Part shown: in pieces, positions 1 through 8,940 of the stretch | Layout: each line of letters begins with the position of its first letter | Numbering within the stretch: the first letter of the stretch is position 1 | Translations under genes and position numbers: made by a program | From: a virus | Lineage: Duplodnaviria; Heunggongvirae; Uroviricota; Caudoviricetes | Strand: one strand, 5' to 3' | DNA: 64,000 bases | Virus record (IMG/VR): IMGVR_UViG_3300035208_001992 | The notes under the pieces: generated by a model | Told to the model about the DNA's origin: nothing | Databases searched by the model: none | What the model saw: only the letters and a program-made list of their open reading frames with translations

Positions 1-153
1 TGCACGTTGATGGTTGATAGAACTAGAAGAAGGCACGACCGCTTGCGGCGGTCGTGCCTTCGATGCTGATAACGCGAGTATCGTGATTGCAGTTGTCGAT
101 ATCACGATCATGCCGAGTATCAATATGGCTATGACAAGTATCGTCCACTGCAC
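1..153 (-). CDS. Partial small membrane protein running off the left edge (MQWTILVIAILILGMIVISTTAITILALSASK...)
   Basis: Translated by hand: GTG at 153 overlaps the TAG of the 153..422 ORF, GGAGG lies 9 nt upstream, the frame is open to position 1, and the N-terminus is strongly hydrophobic. Absent from the ORF track because it is truncated. Confidence 0.5.
   Translation of the reverse strand, partial: MQWTILVIAILILGMIVISTTAITILALSASKARPPQAVVPSSSSINHQRA
29..61. other. Perfect 14-bp stem-loop
   Basis: GAAGGCACGACCGC-TTGCG-GCGGTCGTGCCTTC; followed by TTCTAGTTCT on the - strand. Confidence 0.6.
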
Positions 154-422
154 TAGAACGGTCCTCCAACTACAGGAGGTAAGTCGCGCGTACGTAATTC
201 AATGACTCCATTTGCGTGCTCATGCAACTCGATACCCCGCTCATCAATTCGTGACTTCAAAAGAACCAGATCACTGATGGATTGCGCAGTGATGTTTCTT
301 GGAACGTCAATTCCAAAGATGTCACGCAGCGATGTCATCAAAAACTGTTCGCGGCCAGCGCAACTATGATTGCGTCGCGCTGTCACGATTTCGTTGAGTT
401 CGATTGCCATGACTATCTCCAA
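153..422 (-). CDS. Hypothetical protein
   Basis: 89-aa ORF coupled to both neighbours on the dominant strand. Confidence 0.6.
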   Translation of the reverse strand: MEIVMAIELNEIVTARRNHSCAGREQFLMTSLRDIFGIDVPRNITAQSISDLVLLKSRIDERGIELHEHANGVIELRTRDLPPVVGGPF

Positions 423-1126
423 CTTGCGATTTCAATGAAGTAATGCTGCGGGCCAAGCCGGCCAATCAGCATTCGAGGCGACATCATGTCAAGGCTGTCA
501 GCCGTCGTGACGAAGCATACATAGAAATCGTCAAGCTCAAGTATCTGTTGAGCGAATTGCTTGCACTCTAACACTACGTGCGGTATCAAGTCGCGACAGA
601 ACAAGTCGAACGGCTCGATCGCAAATACGATTTTGCTGACGTTCTTGACAAATTCTGGTTCAAATCCTGGAGGCGGCGGAGCACGCATAACCATTGCAAT
701 TGGCATACCTTCATGATCGCCTGTTGGATTTCCCTGCTGAACATCATCAATCATGCTACGCAAGTTCTCATTCATAGTCCTGGCGTGGTCTTTGATATCG
801 TCATCGGTTGCGATCTTGAAGAACGCGACTGAATCCTCATTCGATGACCAACGCAAGTTGTATGTCTCGTTGAACTGCGATTCGCTCATCTTGACTTTAG
901 TGCAGAACTCCTGCTTTGCAATAGCAGTAGCTTCTTTGTAGTAAGTGTCGTGCATGCCATCGAAGTTGAACTGCGTCTTAAGACCGCTGAACGTGAAAAT
1001 GTTGTAGCCAAGCAATAAGCAGCGTTGGCCTCGCGGCATTGCGCGAACTAGAGCTTTCTTGCTTTCTACAAGTTCGACTCGACTTGTTAGCTGCGACTTC
1101 AACGTGGTTGAGCGTGATACTTTCAT
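413..1126 (-). CDS. Hypothetical protein
   Basis: 237-aa ORF; its ATG overlaps the upstream stop (ATGA). Confidence 0.7.
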   Translation of the reverse strand: MKVSRSTTLKSQLTSRVELVESKKALVRAMPRGQRCLLLGYNIFTFSGLKTQFNFDGMHDTYYKEATAIAKQEFCTKVKMSESQFNETYNLRWSSNEDSVAFFKIATDDDIKDHARTMNENLRSMIDDVQQGNPTGDHEGMPIAMVMRAPPPPGFEPEFVKNVSKIVFAIEPFDLFCRDLIPHVVLECKQFAQQILELDDFYVCFVTTADSLDMMSPRMLIGRLGPQHYFIEIASWR

Positions 1127-1512
1127 TTGGTTTCACCTTCGTTGTTGTGCTTCACCCAATCGACGACTGATTTGACGATTTTGTAGCCTGACCAATGGTT
1201 TCTGTTTCCAACGTATATCTGCGTGCTGCTGTCATTCGGCAGGCACACGCGCAAATACATGCTCGAGCTATCACTTGGCCGATAGCCTTCTAGCTGGTCA
1301 AGCACCCAAACGTTCTCGTCTGGAACTTCGAATATATCAACAACGGCTTCATGCATGTCATTGATCGATGCAACTGGGAATGAGACTGACTCGATCACGT
1401 CGACACGGATGCCGACGACAACTTTTGTCTCGATGAACGTTGCTTTAGCTGCTGCTAGCACATAGTGATTGCGCTGTGCCAAGCGTAGCGTGCCGTATAC
1501 TGCAATCTTCAT
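1123..1512 (-). CDS. Gamma-glutamyl cyclotransferase (GGCT/AIG2-like)
   Basis: N-terminal IAVYGTLR and LDQLEGY with the catalytic-type Glu; Y-x-R motif; typical length. Confidence 0.85.
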   Translation of the reverse strand: MKIAVYGTLRLAQRNHYVLAAAKATFIETKVVVGIRVDVIESVSFPVASINDMHEAVVDIFEVPDENVWVLDQLEGYRPSDSSSMYLRVCLPNDSSTQIYVGNRNHWSGYKIVKSVVDWVKHNNEGETK

Positions 1513-2075
1513 TGTACCACCATCCCTCTGTATGGGAACATCTGCAAGCCATGCAAGGCTCGCTGTTCGTTTATCAGCAGCGTAAGTTCGTACACCTTGA
1601 GTCCAAGCGATGCGGCTACGTCGTTAGTTGGCGCGCCGGAGCGCCAAAGAAGCGCGGCGGCACTCAAGCGTTGATGGTTTATTGGAGACGCGACGCGCGC
1701 GATTCTTGGATTCGAAGATTTCTTGATGCGCGTGTGATTTTTCTTGAGCGGGAAAAGAACGGTGCCGTGCTTTGTTCTAAGCCGGCAGATCGTTGTGAAC
1801 AGCGCTTCAACAGAAGGGAATTCTAGCTTCTTCGCGATTGCGCGCGGATTGTTTGATGCGCACCATGCGGCAGATATTTCGCTAACACGATTAGCGCGTC
1901 CTCGGTTCTTGTATGGGAACAGAACAACGCCGTACTCATCGCGCCAGCGACATACAACTACCCTAGCGGCGGAAACGCTACTATAGCCTTGTGCGCGAGC
2001 AAAGAACTCAAATGACGATGCTTCAATGAATGCTTTCGATACTCGAAGCACTCTGGCTGTCGGCTGCTTAAGCAT
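1509..2075 (-). CDS. Putative DNA-binding protein with three tandem HTH-like repeats
   Basis: Three units ending RWRDEYGVVLFPYK, RLRTKHGTVLFPLK and EQRALHGLQMFPYR, each preceded by an HTH-like helix pair. Confidence 0.6.
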   Translation of the reverse strand: MLKQPTARVLRVSKAFIEASSFEFFARAQGYSSVSAARVVVCRWRDEYGVVLFPYKNRGRANRVSEISAAWCASNNPRAIAKKLEFPSVEALFTTICRLRTKHGTVLFPLKKNHTRIKKSSNPRIARVASPINHQRLSAAALLWRSGAPTNDVAASLGLKVYELTLLINEQRALHGLQMFPYRGMVVQ

Positions 2076-2107
2076 GTTGTCACGCCTTGAATGTTTGAAT
2101 GTTGAAA

Positions 2108-2144
2108 GAAAAGAGGGCTGCCGAACTTGCGCTCGACAGCCCTC
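2108..2144 (-). terminator. Rho-independent terminator
   Basis: On the - strand: GAGGGCTGTCGA-loop-TCGGCAGCCCTC then TTTTC, just after the 2170 stop. Confidence 0.8.
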
Positions 2145-2169
2145 CGTGTTTGATCGATTCGGCTTTCGC

Positions 2170-3081
2170 TTACGCGATGCCGAAGGCAGCCTTGAGTTCG
2201 GCGACCGCTGCGTCGAACTTCCGAACTGCGATCACCTGCTCGCGCGACATTGCGGGAGCGACTTCCTCGGGCTCGACAGCGGCTGCACGACGGCCACGAG
2301 CCGCTGGTGCAGGAGCTTCTTCGACGGGAGCAGCTGCCAAGATCTTGGCGGGCTTCTTCGTCTTGGCATCGAGGAGGTCCTCGGCGCGAGCGATGATGAG
2401 GTAGTCGCGCTTGTACGCGAGGACCACGAAGGTCGCCTTGCCCGGCTTGTCTTCGATGCCGGCCACGGGATAGTTGTGCTCCTTCTTCGAGAACGAGACG
2501 TTGAGATTGCGAGCGGTGTCGACCGGAGTGCGACTGCGCTTCCAGCCTTCGTCGTCGCCTTCGACGTACCAGGACTTGGCGCCCTTGACCAGGATGTACT
2601 CGCCGTTGCGGAGCTTCGGTTCGGCAGGAACTTCGTCGATGGGCTCTTCGCCTTCACCATCGCCATCGACAAAGTCGGCGGCATCAGGATCGTCGGAGGC
2701 TTCACCGTCGACGCCGTCGGCATCGAAGTCGCCGAAGTCATCTTCGACAGCAGGAGCAGGAGCAGCGCGACCAGCGCCACGAGCGCCGCGAGCAGGAGGA
2801 GCTGCAGGCTCTTCGAAGTCCTCGAAGCCTTCAGCGTCAGCGCCACCGTCGAGGTCGCCGAAATCATCTTCGACAGCAGGAGCAGGCGCGCGGCGGCCAG
2901 CGCCACGAGCGGGAGGATCTGCGGGCTCTTCGAAATCCTCGAAGTTGTCAGCGCCACCATCGAGATCACCGAAGTCGTCGTCGACCGCTGGGGCAGGAGC
3001 AGCGCGGCGAGCAGGAGCAGCGCTCGGACGTGCGGCAGGAGCAGCAGCGCGACGAGCAGCGGGAGGAGGAAGCTTGGCCAT
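2170..3081 (-). CDS. Low-complexity protein with three acidic ~40-aa repeats and a small C-terminal beta domain (alternative start at 3222)
   Basis: Repeats of APAPAV(E/D)DDFGD(L/F)D..; AAGGA upstream of ATG 3081; strong C/G bias at third codon positions. Confidence 0.8.
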   Translation of the reverse strand: MAKLPPPAARRAAAPAARPSAAPARRAAPAPAVDDDFGDLDGGADNFEDFEEPADPPARGAGRRAPAPAVEDDFGDLDGGADAEGFEDFEEPAAPPARGARGAGRAAPAPAVEDDFGDFDADGVDGEASDDPDAADFVDGDGEGEEPIDEVPAEPKLRNGEYILVKGAKSWYVEGDDEGWKRSRTPVDTARNLNVSFSKKEHNYPVAGIEDKPGKATFVVLAYKRDYLIIARAEDLLDAKTKKPAKILAAAPVEEAPAPAARGRRAAAVEPEEVAPAMSREQVIAVRKFDAAVAELKAAFGIA

Positions 3082-3228
3082 GTTATTTTCCTTTGTGTCC
3101 TGGTTGTGGTGCACCACATCGATGGTCGAGGACAGGCGACCGTCAATGCTTTGGATAGTTGAAGAGATCAAAGACAACAACGGGTTTGTTGCAAGCCAGT
3201 TGTTTGTCTTCGATCCGTCCATGATGAT

Positions 3229-3241
3229 TATTTACAAAGTT
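3229..3241 (-). promoter_or_regulatory. AASNTTGTAAATA motif (putative phage promoter)
   Basis: AACTTTGTAAATA on the - strand, 6 nt before ATG 3222. Confidence 0.7.
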
Positions 3242-3259
3242 CTTTGAACGCGAGAAGAA

Positions 3260-3694
3260 TCAGCCGTTCTTGAGCACGCTGTGGAAAAGCTTGGGCGCCA
3301 GAATCATTGCGGATTCGTGCGTCTTGCCATCGACACCACGGATCGTGCGAGACTTCGAAGTACGAGTGTTGGGGTCATGCACGATCAGCGTGCAGATGAA
3401 TTGGCCATCGCCGACGACGTTGGTGTGGCGGGTTCTAACTGCTTCGTGCTTGACCTTGGCAGCCTTGACCTTCGGAGTCTTGGCGGGAGCGGCCTTGCCC
3501 TTTGCCACGGCCTTCGGAGCCTTCGCGGGAGCGGCCTTCGGAGCCTTCGCGGGAGCTGCCTTGACGGGAGCCTTGGGAGCCTTCGCAGGAGCGACCTTGG
3601 CAGGAGCCTTCGGAGCCTTTGCAGGTGCCTTCGCCGGTGCCTTCGGAGCCTTGGGAGCCTTGACAGCGTTGAGCGTGTGGGAGAGCTTGTTCAT
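3260..3694 (-). CDS. Histone H1-like Lys/Ala/Pro-rich protein
   Basis: KAP(K/A) tandem repeats; GAGGTG RBS before ATG 3694 (the track start at 3823 has no RBS). Confidence 0.75.
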   Translation of the reverse strand: MNKLSHTLNAVKAPKAPKAPAKAPAKAPKAPAKVAPAKAPKAPVKAAPAKAPKAAPAKAPKAVAKGKAAPAKTPKVKAAKVKHEAVRTRHTNVVGDGQFICTLIVHDPNTRTSKSRTIRGVDGKTHESAMILAPKLFHSVLKNG

Positions 3695-3737
3695 TGTACA
3701 CCTCTGATGTTTGCATGTTGGATTGTGAGTGGAAGCC

Positions 3738-3847
3738 AAAGTGGAAGAATTTGTGGCTTCCGATGGGTAGTACCCATATAAAATATAATCACACTTTAGT
3801 CTAAAGTAAATAGCCAAAGTCAACTTTTCACTAAAGCCTAAAGTGTG
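3738..3847 (-). promoter_or_regulatory. Regulatory region: leader motif GCCACAAATTCTTCCACTTT, sigma70-like TTTACT-17-TATATT promoter, and CACTTTAG half-sites
   Basis: Motif at 3738-3757; CTAAAGTGTGATTATATTTT at 3780-3799 is identical to 9698-9717; palindrome ACTTTAG-T-CTAAAGT at 3791-3807; hairpin ATGGGT-AGT-ACCCAT at 3763-3777. Confidence 0.65.
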
Positions 3848-3853
3848 TGCCTT

Positions 3854-4801
3854 TCAACTTTGTGCGAAGGCTAGGAATCCAGCTTTCTTCTTGTTGATGC
3901 CGTACCAAGATAGAAGCCTGTCGAGCGCTTGTATGTTACGTGCGCTGTACCGATGTACTAAGCGCACTGGTCTCAGTCTAATCCAGCGCTCCATGAATGC
4001 GATGTCGGTCTGCTTTGCGAACAACCGACTAATTAGTCGCTCGTTGCGGCGGGCTTCAAGCTCGCGGAATAGCGCGAACGCGTATTGCCGCTCGCCTGGG
4101 TTCTTCGTGCATCGAATGATCTCTTCACCAATGACGCGTGGCGTCACGCCTTTCACAGCTTTGCTAACATTGTCCGACTCGTCTCCGTAGATGATCTTCG
4201 CGAGTGCTAGCTTGCTGGGTTCAGTGATGCCGAACTTTGCTTCAAGATCAGCGATGGTGAAAGCTTTGTCTGGCTTCGAAATTACAGACACGCGATCGCT
4301 CATCAACGCCCACATGTCTCGATCTTCGGAAACGACCGTACAAGGCTTGTTCGACCGATGAACGAATGACGCGATCGCATCATCTGTTTCACCATTGTTC
4401 TCTGGCATCGTGATTGTGCATGATGGAATGTATTGCATCAATTCCATCAGATCTCGAACTCCATTGTACTCGACGTCACGCTCTGTGTCATCATGCCATG
4501 TGAGCGGCAGGACAAGCTTTGCCTTCACAGGACGTTTGCCTTTGTACAACGGATAGTGAGCTTGCCGAACAGCTCGATTTTCTTGTGCTGACATTACGAT
4601 GCAGACGCGCTTGCCAGATTTGAGACCAACGTAGTTAGCGGCAGCTTTGATCTTCGACAAGCCAATGTCAATAGCGTTTGTTGGGTAGCTCTGATCGTTC
4701 ATGAGTGTCCCGGCTGGGCCGCCTTCACAGCGGCCCACCAGGTTGTGCACGTCAAATACGAGATTGTGATCAGAATACTCGGGGTTACTGACCAGAGGCA
4801 T
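3854..4801 (-). CDS. 5'-3' exonuclease / RNase H (PIN/FEN, T4 RNase H or T5 D15-like)
   Basis: LVFDVHNL, ETDDAIAS, VVSEDRDMWAL, YGDESDNV acidic motifs; start inferred at MPLVSN, overlapping the topoisomerase A stop. Confidence 0.85.
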   Translation of the reverse strand: MPLVSNPEYSDHNLVFDVHNLVGRCEGGPAGTLMNDQSYPTNAIDIGLSKIKAAANYVGLKSGKRVCIVMSAQENRAVRQAHYPLYKGKRPVKAKLVLPLTWHDDTERDVEYNGVRDLMELMQYIPSCTITMPENNGETDDAIASFVHRSNKPCTVVSEDRDMWALMSDRVSVISKPDKAFTIADLEAKFGITEPSKLALAKIIYGDESDNVSKAVKGVTPRVIGEEIIRCTKNPGERQYAFALFRELEARRNERLISRLFAKQTDIAFMERWIRLRPVRLVHRYSARNIQALDRLLSWYGINKKKAGFLAFAQS

Positions 4802-7043
4802 TGGTGGCCTCCGCAGCGGGAAGCGTTGCATCATACACGGCGACAATATTGCCAGCCCTAAATTCGCGGTTGACAGATTGTCCATCCATGATCTTGCGAC
4901 GTCCTCCCTTGTAAACAACCAAGTTGCGTGTTGCTCCAATTGCGAGTGGAATCGAGTCGCCAAGGCCATTAGCCGAACTAACAGAGAGCGAGTTGCCATC
5001 GTTCGTGAACATCTTCTGGCCACGCCTAATCACCAAGGCGGCGGACGGTTCGAAGTTCACGGCGCGTTGGCCACGTACGTTCTTGCGACCGGTCTTCACA
5101 GTGTTGAGCTTGACGGCCTTGTACTCGCCGTTGGTGCCCCATACCGCAAGTATGTCTCCGTCATTGGCGCCGCCACCGTAGACAATTTCTGTATCCTTCA
5201 TGAAGGCCGGAATTGAGCGATTGGAATCCATGTCCTGCTCGACCTTGTTGACGAATCCATTCTTGCCGATAGCGACAAGGTACTTGGCCTCACGGCTGGC
5301 AATGCCAACGATCTTGTCGAGACCTGTTCCAGCGCGTCCTGTGTTAGACGGACCGAAGAACCCAACCAAACCGCTTGCACCGAACGCAGCGCATCCATTG
5401 AATGACGGCGCAGCGTAGATGAACTGATTCGATGAACCACGTTCGTCAATTGCGCCAAGTAGCTTGCCGTCCATAGTCGCGGCGAAGATCAGTGGGTCGC
5501 CTGACTGCTGCATCCGACGCTCGTCGTGCATACGGCCACCGACGCGTGTGCGGCGTTCGTCTGAATCCTTTGCGACAGCGCGAAGGTGGCGGACGACCAC
5601 AGCCATCAGTTGCGTGAGATCCTTGTTGACGCGCGTGATCTCAAGTTCGATGTCCTTGATCTTGCCGCGCAGTTCAGATTCCTTGAGCTTCTGCAGATCA
5701 ATGAGCCTGAACTTCAGCATGGTCTCGGCTTGCTCGCGCGTGACCTTCATTGCCTTCATCACGAATTCATGAGGATCGATCTTGGTCTGTTGCACTGCGT
5801 TAGCCAAGACTTGGATGTTCAGCATCGCAAGTAGCTTGCAGTCTTCCAAGAACTTTGCAGCGTGCAACTTCTTCAGCTCGAGCTCGATGATCTTCTCTTC
5901 CTCTTGCTTGCGCCAGTTGAGCCACAGCTTTGCCATCGTGATGAACGGCACGTTCTCACGGAACAACGTCTTGCCGCCTTCGTCTTCATTGCTGCGGATT
6001 GTGATGTTGAACCGATATGTCTGCTGGCACTGCAATTCGTGCAGCACCTTCTTCAAGGCGGATTGGTTGTCCACGCTGACGATGAGCTTGAGCTCCTTCG
6101 TCTTCTTGTTGTAGTCCTCGCGGTATCCAACGATTGTCCGATTTTCCTTCAGCTTCGGGATCGTGTTCTGGATGAAGCTACCAACGTTGAACGGATCAGG
6201 AAATCCAGACACGACAACATTGGTGACATTCGGATTGCGCTGGTCTGGCTCGATCTTGTAGTCACAGCTGAATCGCAGCGGGCCTGTGCCATGTTCGTAC
6301 ACAGCAGCCACGTCGTCCTTAGCGGACAGCAGCACGCCACCATTTGCGAAGTCGGGGCCGCGCATGAGCTCGACGATGCCGGCCATGTTAGCCGTCTTCC
6401 AATTCCGTGCAACATATTCGAATGCAGCGCAGATCTCACCGAGGTTGTGAGACGGAATTTCGGTCGTTGCACCGGTCGCAATTCCACTTGTGCCGTTCAT
6501 GAACAGCAAAGGCAATCGCGTGTTGATCACGAGAGGCTCACTGAACTCACCGGAGTAGTTCGGCACCATCTCAGCAACGTCAACGCAGCTGAAGTGGTGC
6601 TTGACGAGCTTGCTGACCTTGCATTCTGAGTAACGCTCTGCTGCGGCGGGATCACCCTTGATCGAGCCGAAGTTGCCTTGGCCGATGACGAGCGGATAAC
6701 GCGACCACGTCATCTCGACGAGCGAGCCATATGCAGAACCATGCGGATGGTACTTGCCCATGGTTTCACCAGTGACACGAGCTGACTTCATGTATGTGGC
6801 GCTGCTTGCGCCTTGCATCATGTACATCGCATAGATGAGGCGACGATGAACAGGCTTGTGGCCATCACGGAAATCTGGCACTGCGCGATCTTCGATCGTG
6901 TAGCGGCCGAAGTCGAACATCTGCGTGTTGACGAACTTGCCAGACGCTTCTTCAACCATGTTGACGTCAACGTCGACTGTGTAGTCGGAACTAACGCGCT
7001 TGCGAACGGTTGCTTTCTCTACAGGTTTTGCTTTGGGAGGCAT
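4785..7043 (-). CDS. gyrA: Type IIA topoisomerase subunit A (GyrA/ParC family)
   Basis: RAVPDFRDGHKPVHRR, KSARVTG, GKYHPHG, GNFGS, PAAAERYSE (catalytic Tyr), NGTSGIATG, GPDF. Confidence 0.95.
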   Translation of the reverse strand: MPPKAKPVEKATVRKRVSSDYTVDVDVNMVEEASGKFVNTQMFDFGRYTIEDRAVPDFRDGHKPVHRRLIYAMYMMQGASSATYMKSARVTGETMGKYHPHGSAYGSLVEMTWSRYPLVIGQGNFGSIKGDPAAAERYSECKVSKLVKHHFSCVDVAEMVPNYSGEFSEPLVINTRLPLLFMNGTSGIATGATTEIPSHNLGEICAAFEYVARNWKTANMAGIVELMRGPDFANGGVLLSAKDDVAAVYEHGTGPLRFSCDYKIEPDQRNPNVTNVVVSGFPDPFNVGSFIQNTIPKLKENRTIVGYREDYNKKTKELKLIVSVDNQSALKKVLHELQCQQTYRFNITIRSNEDEGGKTLFRENVPFITMAKLWLNWRKQEEEKIIELELKKLHAAKFLEDCKLLAMLNIQVLANAVQQTKIDPHEFVMKAMKVTREQAETMLKFRLIDLQKLKESELRGKIKDIELEITRVNKDLTQLMAVVVRHLRAVAKDSDERRTRVGGRMHDERRMQQSGDPLIFAATMDGKLLGAIDERGSSNQFIYAAPSFNGCAAFGASGLVGFFGPSNTGRAGTGLDKIVGIASREAKYLVAIGKNGFVNKVEQDMDSNRSIPAFMKDTEIVYGGGANDGDILAVWGTNGEYKAVKLNTVKTGRKNVRGQRAVNFEPSAALVIRRGQKMFTNDGNSLSVSSANGLGDSIPLAIGATRNLVVYKGGRRKIMDGQSVNREFRAGNIVAVYDATLPAAEATNASGQ

Positions 7044-7044
7044 T

Positions 7045-8940
7045 TCAGTTCTCCTGATTGTTGGAGGTTCCGAACAAGAGCTCTTTACGATGCTCTACGT
7101 CGTGGCCCATGATGCGGGCTATTTTCAATTCGTCTTCGTCTTGCATTGTGAGAACGACAAGACGGCGGGTCTTTGGATTGAACGCAATATGCTCAAGCTG
7201 ATCTTCAGACGCTTCACCCCATCCTTTGAATCGGGTGATGCGGACTTGATTGTGCTGAGACTCTGTGAAGCCTTCGTACACTTCGTCCTTTGTGTCGGCA
7301 AACACGCGTTGTTCGCGATATTGACCAAGGAACAATGGGCCATTGATGTAACGCAGCTTCTTCTGCCTGACAATTTCTGGATAGTAGACCTTGAAGAACG
7401 CGAGCAACAGCGATGCGATGTGCTTGCCGTCCGGGTCAGCGTCAGTGAGGATTGTGATCGAGCCGACGCGCATCTTCTTGAGATCAATCTCGCCAGGCTT
7501 GATACCGATTGCTCTGATGAGAAGCTTGATTTCTCTGTTGGCTAACACACGAGCTGATTCGTGGCGCTGCGCATTGATGCCAACGCCTCGAAGCTTCAGG
7601 ATCTCATGGTGAGGTGCCTTGGCGCGCTCGGCTGTGCCGCCTGCTGAATCGCCTTCAACAAGAACGAGTTCACGTAGATGCGGCGGAACTCCAGGATCCG
7701 CCTGAATCAGCTTGCTCGGATCGATTGCTTGATCGTCTTTGCCTGCGATCTCAAGCGACTTGATTGCCTTGTTGTCTGCCTTGAAGCGCTCTTCGTTCTT
7801 CTTGAATCGCTCGGCGCGATCTTTGAGCCGCTTCACGAGCTGCGGATTCTGAGTCAGGAACAGCGCGAGCTTCGGTTGCACGAAGTTGCGAACTTCAGTA
7901 TCGACCTCTGATGCGAGCTCGTCTTTAGTCTGTCCACGGTAGACAGGCTCTTCCATGCGCCAGTTAATTGCGGCGCGAAGGCCCATCATCCAGTATTTGG
8001 TTTCGAATGTGGTGCCAGTGACTTCGCGCATTGCGTTTGTTAGCGCCTGCTTGAAACCATCGACGTGACAGCCACCAGATCCAGTCGCCGAGCTGTTGAC
8101 GTGGCTCTTGAGCCAGCCGTCGTCATCGTCATACCAGCATAGAGCCAAGTCAATTTGACCACGCTCGTAGATGCGGAATGGCTTGCCAAGCATCTGCTCT
8201 TTTTGAGCAGGGTTGTACACCATGCTCATCAACCCGTGTTCATTGACGAATTCGAACGTGCGTTCACCGAAGATGCACTTGAACCTGAGGCCAGGATTGA
8301 GCTGGCTCATGTCCTTCATCTTTTGGAGGAAGCTCTTCGGATCGATGATGTGATCACCAAAGATCTCGGCATCCAAGTGAAAACGAACGATCGTGCCTTG
8401 CTTTGCATCGCACCAAGGCTTCGGCGGATCTTTCTGAATCACCTTGGTGAGCGGCTTGCCCTTGCTGAACTTCTGGTAGTACCATGCCTTCTTCGCGCCG
8501 ATCGTTCCGTTGGTTTGGAAGGACCAAGCTTCGAAGCTGTCGCTCACTGCGTTAGTACATGATGCACCAACACCGTGAAGGCCACCAGTTTTCGCGTAGC
8601 TGCCACCGCCAAACTTGCCACCAGCGTGCAAGCGCGTGAACACAGTTGTGAGCGTGCTCTCGCGCGTCTTTTCGTGGATGGCTACTGGGACACCACGTCC
8701 GCGGTCAGCTACTGTGACATATTTTGTCTTCAAATCGTAATGGACTATGACGAGATCGCCAAATCCCATGATGTGCTCGTCGACGCAATTGTCGACGATT
8801 TCGATTCCGGCTCTGAGGCAGCCTGAAGCGTCCTTGCCGCCGAGATACATTCCCGGTCTTTTGCGGACAGCTTCAAGCTGCTCCAGCACCTCGATGCTTC
8901 CGGCGTTGTATGCCGTGTCTGAAGCTTGTTGCTTTGCCAT
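7045..8940 (-). CDS. gyrB: Type IIA topoisomerase subunit B (GyrB/ParE family)
   Basis: EAVRKRPGMYLG, EIVDNCVDE, DRGRGVP, GGLHGVGAS, VEGDSAGG, TDADPDG, RFKGWGE; GGAGG RBS before ATG 8940. Confidence 0.96.
   Translation of the reverse strand: MAKQQASDTAYNAGSIEVLEQLEAVRKRPGMYLGGKDASGCLRAGIEIVDNCVDEHIMGFGDLVIVHYDLKTKYVTVADRGRGVPVAIHEKTRESTLTTVFTRLHAGGKFGGGSYAKTGGLHGVGASCTNAVSDSFEAWSFQTNGTIGAKKAWYYQKFSKGKPLTKVIQKDPPKPWCDAKQGTIVRFHLDAEIFGDHIIDPKSFLQKMKDMSQLNPGLRFKCIFGERTFEFVNEHGLMSMVYNPAQKEQMLGKPFRIYERGQIDLALCWYDDDDGWLKSHVNSSATGSGGCHVDGFKQALTNAMREVTGTTFETKYWMMGLRAAINWRMEEPVYRGQTKDELASEVDTEVRNFVQPKLALFLTQNPQLVKRLKDRAERFKKNEERFKADNKAIKSLEIAGKDDQAIDPSKLIQADPGVPPHLRELVLVEGDSAGGTAERAKAPHHEILKLRGVGINAQRHESARVLANREIKLLIRAIGIKPGEIDLKKMRVGSITILTDADPDGKHIASLLLAFFKVYYPEIVRQKKLRYINGPLFLGQYREQRVFADTKDEVYEGFTESQHNQVRITRFKGWGEASEDQLEHIAFNPKTRRLVVLTMQDEDELKIARIMGHDVEHRKELLFGTSNNQEN

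Noticed and set aside
2730-3000. Direct DNA repeats that could suggest a CRISPR array
   Set aside because: They are in-frame coding repeats of the acidic protein, imperfect, with no unique spacers and no cas genes.
2026-3247. Long alternative-frame ORFs (2026..3162 +, 2474..3247 +, 2232..3146 -)
   Set aside because: Shadows of a GC-rich, repeat-rich, codon-biased gene; no RBS and no protein-like composition.
3270-3781. Hydrophobic antisense ORFs over the H1-like gene (also 56966..57403 over the second one)
   Set aside because: The reverse complement of Lys-Ala-Pro repeats automatically reads as Leu/Gly/Ala/Phe repeats; not independent membrane proteins.
5862-6629. 255-aa + strand ORF inside topoisomerase A, and similar antisense ORFs at 10056, 27920, 35111, 36325 and 58783
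   Set aside because: Antisense to genes with clear motifs or strong codon bias; explained by RNY codon bias.
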